This document shows positions 61,080-64,000 of a stretch of 64,000 bases of DNA, piece after piece. Where the stretch lies: positions 1,248,001-1,312,000 of the forward strand of contig CAWELD010000003.1 in NCBI GenBank assembly GCA_963809895.1. Direction: 5' to 3'. Both the position numbers and the translations under genes were made by a program. The first letter of the stretch is position 1. Every line of letters begins with the position of its first letter. Source of the stretch: an uncultured Gemmatimonadales bacterium. GTDB taxonomy: Bacteria > Gemmatimonadota > Gemmatimonadetes > Longimicrobiales > Gaopeijiaceae. Under the pieces are notes generated by a model that worked only from the letters and a program-made list of their open reading frames with translations, did no database searches and was not told the origin of the DNA.

Positions 61080-61835
61080 TCACATGACCATCCCGCCGTC
61101 CACGGCGAGAACCTGGCCGGTAATGTAGCGTGCCCAGGGGCCGGCGAGAAAGCGCACAACCCCCGCCACGTCGTCGGGTTCCCCGAGGCGTCCCATGGGG
61201 ATGCTGTCCAGCAGCGCCTGCGTGCGATCCTCACCCAGCTCCGAGGTCATGTCGGAGTGGATGTAGCCGGGCGCGATGGCGTTGCAGCGGATCCCCCGGG
61301 TCGCGAGCTCGCGTGCGACGCTCTTGGTGAACCCGACCAGACCGGCCTTGGAGGCGGCGTAGTTCGCCTGGCCGGCGTTTCCGATGAGCCCGACCACCGA
61401 GGTGATGTTCACGATCACGCCGTCGCGCCGCTTCATCATCCCCTTCGTCAGCGCACGAGTCAAGTTGAAGGCCCCCTTCAAGTTGACTTTCATGACCTCA
61501 TCCCAGTCCTCGTCCTTCATGCGAAGAAGGAGGCCGTCGCGGGTGATGCCTGCGTTGTTCACCAGGACGTCCACGACGCCCATACCCTCGGTCACCGACG
61601 ACACCAGAGCCTCCACCTGATCGACGTCCCCCACGTCGCACGAGAACCCGGCGTGTCCGTCTCCGGGCAGCTCGCCGGCCACGGTGGCGGCACGCTCCCC
61701 GTCCCGGGCCACCACGGCCACCGCCGCGCCACCCCGGGCCAACGCGTGGCTGATGGCCAGCCCGATCCCCCGGGATCCACCGGTGACCAGGGCGACCTTT
61801 CCGTCCAGCTCTCGAATCTCGTTTGCTTCGCTCAT
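61080..61835 (-). CDS. fabG: 3-oxoacyl-ACP reductase
   Basis: TGGSRGIG, NNAGITRD, YAASK, VDGGM. Confidence 0.96.
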   Translation of the reverse strand: MSEANEIRELDGKVALVTGGSRGIGLAISHALARGGAAVAVVARDGERAATVAGELPGDGHAGFSCDVGDVDQVEALVSSVTEGMGVVDVLVNNAGITRDGLLLRMKDEDWDEVMKVNLKGAFNLTRALTKGMMKRRDGVIVNITSVVGLIGNAGQANYAASKAGLVGFTKSVARELATRGIRCNAIAPGYIHSDMTSELGEDRTQALLDSIPMGRLGEPDDVAGVVRFLAGPWARYITGQVLAVDGGMVM

Positions 61836-62755
61836 GCCGAGCCCTCCCCCGTGTCCAGATCGTCGGGCGTGCCCACGGACATGCAGGGCACACCGCGGGC
61901 GTTCCGCTTGTTCAAGCCACAGAGCACGCTTCCGGCGCCGAGCTCCAGGAAGCGCGTGGCGCCTCCTTCCAGCATGGCGGCCACCGAGGCCACCCACCGC
62001 ACCGGCGACGTGAGCTGCCGCACGAGCAGATCCCGCGCTTCGCCGGCCTCGGTCACCGGCCGCGCCAGGACGTTGGAAACGACCGGCACCCTCGGGTCCC
62101 GGAAGTCCACGTCGGCGAGATGGGCGCGCAGGCCCGACTCGGCAGGCTCCATGAGGGGCGAGTGGAACGCTCCGGAGACATTCAGCTCGAGCACGCGCTT
62201 CGCCCCGGCCTCCTTCGCCAGCGCCATGCCCTGCTCCACCCCGGCGCGGTCGCCACTGATCACCACCTGTCCCGGGGCGTTGAAGTTGGCCGGCACACAG
62301 ATGCCCTCGGTCACCCGCGCGCACGCGGCCTCCACCGCCGCGTCCTCCAGGCCCAGCACCGCCGCCATGGTCCCGGAGCGCTCCCGTCCCGCTTCGAACA
62401 TGAGCTCGCCGCGACGCCGCACGGCCTCGAGCGCATCCCGGAAGGACAGCGTGCCCGCCGCCACATGGGCAGAGAACTCCCCCAGCGAATGGCCCGCCGC
62501 GAAGCCGATCGGCCCCAGCCGGTCCTCCACGGCGCGGAGCACGGCCACCGAATGCACCAGAAGCGCGGGCTGCGCGTTCCGGGTCTCGGTGAGCTCCTCG
62601 TCGGGGCCGTCCCACATGAGCGCGGACAGGGCGAAGCCCAGGACGTCGTCGGCTTCCTCGAACACCTGGCGGGCCACGGGCAGGTCGTCGGCGAGCTCAC
62701 GGCCCATACCGACGAACTGTGATCCCTGACCCGGAAAGAGGAGGGCTGAGCTCAC
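61832..62755 (-). CDS. fabD: Malonyl-CoA:ACP transacylase
   Basis: FPGQGSQ, GHSLGE, VSGAFHS. Confidence 0.97.
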   Translation of the reverse strand: MSSALLFPGQGSQFVGMGRELADDLPVARQVFEEADDVLGFALSALMWDGPDEELTETRNAQPALLVHSVAVLRAVEDRLGPIGFAAGHSLGEFSAHVAAGTLSFRDALEAVRRRGELMFEAGRERSGTMAAVLGLEDAAVEAACARVTEGICVPANFNAPGQVVISGDRAGVEQGMALAKEAGAKRVLELNVSGAFHSPLMEPAESGLRAHLADVDFRDPRVPVVSNVLARPVTEAGEARDLLVRQLTSPVRWVASVAAMLEGGATRFLELGAGSVLCGLNKRNARGVPCMSVGTPDDLDTGEGSA

Positions 62756-62786
62756 GGAAACGGAGGGTTGAGGGTGGGAGGGTGCG

Positions 62787-63779
62787 CTACCAGCGCAGGA
62801 CCATGGCGCCCCACGTGAGGCCCGCGCCGAACGCGGCGCTCAACACGTTGGTGCCCGGTTGGATGAGCCCCTGCTCCACCGCCTCGTCCAGCGCGACGGG
62901 AATCGTCGAGGAGCTCATGTTGCCGTACCGATCGACGTTGACGAAGACCTTCTCCATGGGAATGCCCGCGTATTTCGCCGTGGCCTCGATGATGCGGATG
63001 TTGGCCTGGTGCGGGACCATCAGGTCGATGTCGTCTCCGGTGAGACCCGCGCGCTGCAAGGCGAAGTCCGAAGCCTCCGCCATGGAGCGCACCGCGGCAC
63101 GGAAGACCTCCCGTCCGGACATCTTCACCAGATGGTCGCGGCGCTCGAGGACGCCGGCATCCATGGGAATCGCCGCGCCGCCCCCGGGTCGATAGAGCAG
63201 CTCCGACAGCTTGCCGTCGGAGCGATGGTAGCTGCTCACCAGGCCACGACCGTTGGAGGACGGACGCAGGACCGCCGCCCCCGCACCGTCGCCGAAAAGC
63301 ACGCAGGTGGAGCGATCGGTCCAGTCCACGATGGCACTCATCTTCTCGCTGGCGACCACCAGGGCCACCTCGCCCCGGCCAGCGGCCAGGTACCCTTCCG
63401 CGAGGGAAAGGCCGTACAGCCAGCCCGAGCATGCCGCGGACACGTCGAAGGCCATGGCGTTGGTGCATCCCAGCAGCGCTTGCGCATCGCAGGCGGTGGA
63501 GGGCAGCAGCCGGTCCGGCGTGGCCGTGGAGAGAATGATGATGTCCACCTCGCCGGGCTCGACGCCCGCCCGCTCCATGGCCTGTCGCGAGGCCTCGGCC
63601 GCCATGAAGGCCGCCGAGGTATCCTCGTCGGCGATGCGGCGCTCGCGGATGCCGGTGCGCTCCTGGATCCACTGGTCGTCGGTATCGACCAACTGCTCCA
63701 GGTCGTGGTTCGTCACCACCCGATCCGGCAGATACCGGCCGGTCGAGACGATCTCCACGATGGGCTTCGGCTTCTTCAT
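62787..63779 (-). CDS. fabH: Beta-ketoacyl-ACP synthase III
   Basis: [41 protein letters not shown]. Confidence 0.97.
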   Translation of the reverse strand: MKKPKPIVEIVSTGRYLPDRVVTNHDLEQLVDTDDQWIQERTGIRERRIADEDTSAAFMAAEASRQAMERAGVEPGEVDIIILSTATPDRLLPSTACDAQALLGCTNAMAFDVSAACSGWLYGLSLAEGYLAAGRGEVALVVASEKMSAIVDWTDRSTCVLFGDGAGAAVLRPSSNGRGLVSSYHRSDGKLSELLYRPGGGAAIPMDAGVLERRDHLVKMSGREVFRAAVRSMAEASDFALQRAGLTGDDIDLMVPHQANIRIIEATAKYAGIPMEKVFVNVDRYGNMSSSTIPVALDEAVEQGLIQPGTNVLSAAFGAGLTWGAMVLRW

Positions 63780-64000
63780 TCCACGGGCTCCTCTCCGGAT
63801 CGGGACTTCGCGTCCGCCAGCTCGGAAGTCATGTCGCCGACCACGTCGCTACGCACGGCCTGGGCCGCCACCCGCACCGCGTTGCGAATCGCCTTGGGCG
63901 GGGACCCACCGTGGCAGATGATGGAGACGCCGTTGACTCCGAGGAGCGGCGCTCCTCCGTATTCCGAATAGTCCAGGACCCGGAGGATGCCATCCATGTC
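63776..64000 (-). CDS. plsX: Phosphate acyltransferase PlsX, C-terminal part (gene runs off the window)
   Basis: [22 protein letters not shown]...IRNAV; located upstream of fabH. Confidence 0.92.
   Translation of the reverse strand, partial: DMDGILRVLDYSEYGGAPLLGVNGVSIICHGGSPPKAIRNAVRVAAQAVRSDVVGDMTSELADAKSRSGEEPVE

Overview
High-GC bacterial chromosome segment. Gene content and order suggest a Gemmatimonadota-like organism (inference). From about 7.1 kb to the end it is mostly core genome, almost all on the minus strand with many 1-4 nt stop/start overlaps. In minus-strand reading order (right to left): plsX-fabH-fabD-fabG-acpP-fabF-ispF-dedA-xerD, ctpA (+), nadE, trpG/pabA, copC/copD (+) with a divergent TonB-dependent receptor, rnz-tyrA-aroA-cmk-rpsA, propionyl-CoA carboxylase and methylmalonyl-CoA mutase genes, argS, purM, the rib operon, nusB, an hpf-hprK-mannose-type PTS-HPr-EI cluster, metK, recO, selB, ptsN (+) and dusB. 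A tmRNA gene (6664-7015, minus strand, tag ANTDLALAA) sits at the left edge of the core region. Directly downstream of it is a ~2.5-unit, 261-bp tandem array. Each unit carries a direct and an inverted copy of the tmRNA 3' end, with the T-loop interrupted by a 116-nt insert. Beyond the array is an apparently lower-GC FecR-SusC(STN)-SusD signalling/uptake cassette with no adjacent sigma factor gene. The tmRNA-derived array is the most unusual element. Other oddities are a 13 x 24-bp repeat encoding a polyacidic tail on ribosomal protein S1, a frameshifted copC-copD fusion, a 157-bp-period intergenic duplication, and a ptsN / short zinc-ribbon gene pair. Product calls come from recognised motifs only; no database searches were run.
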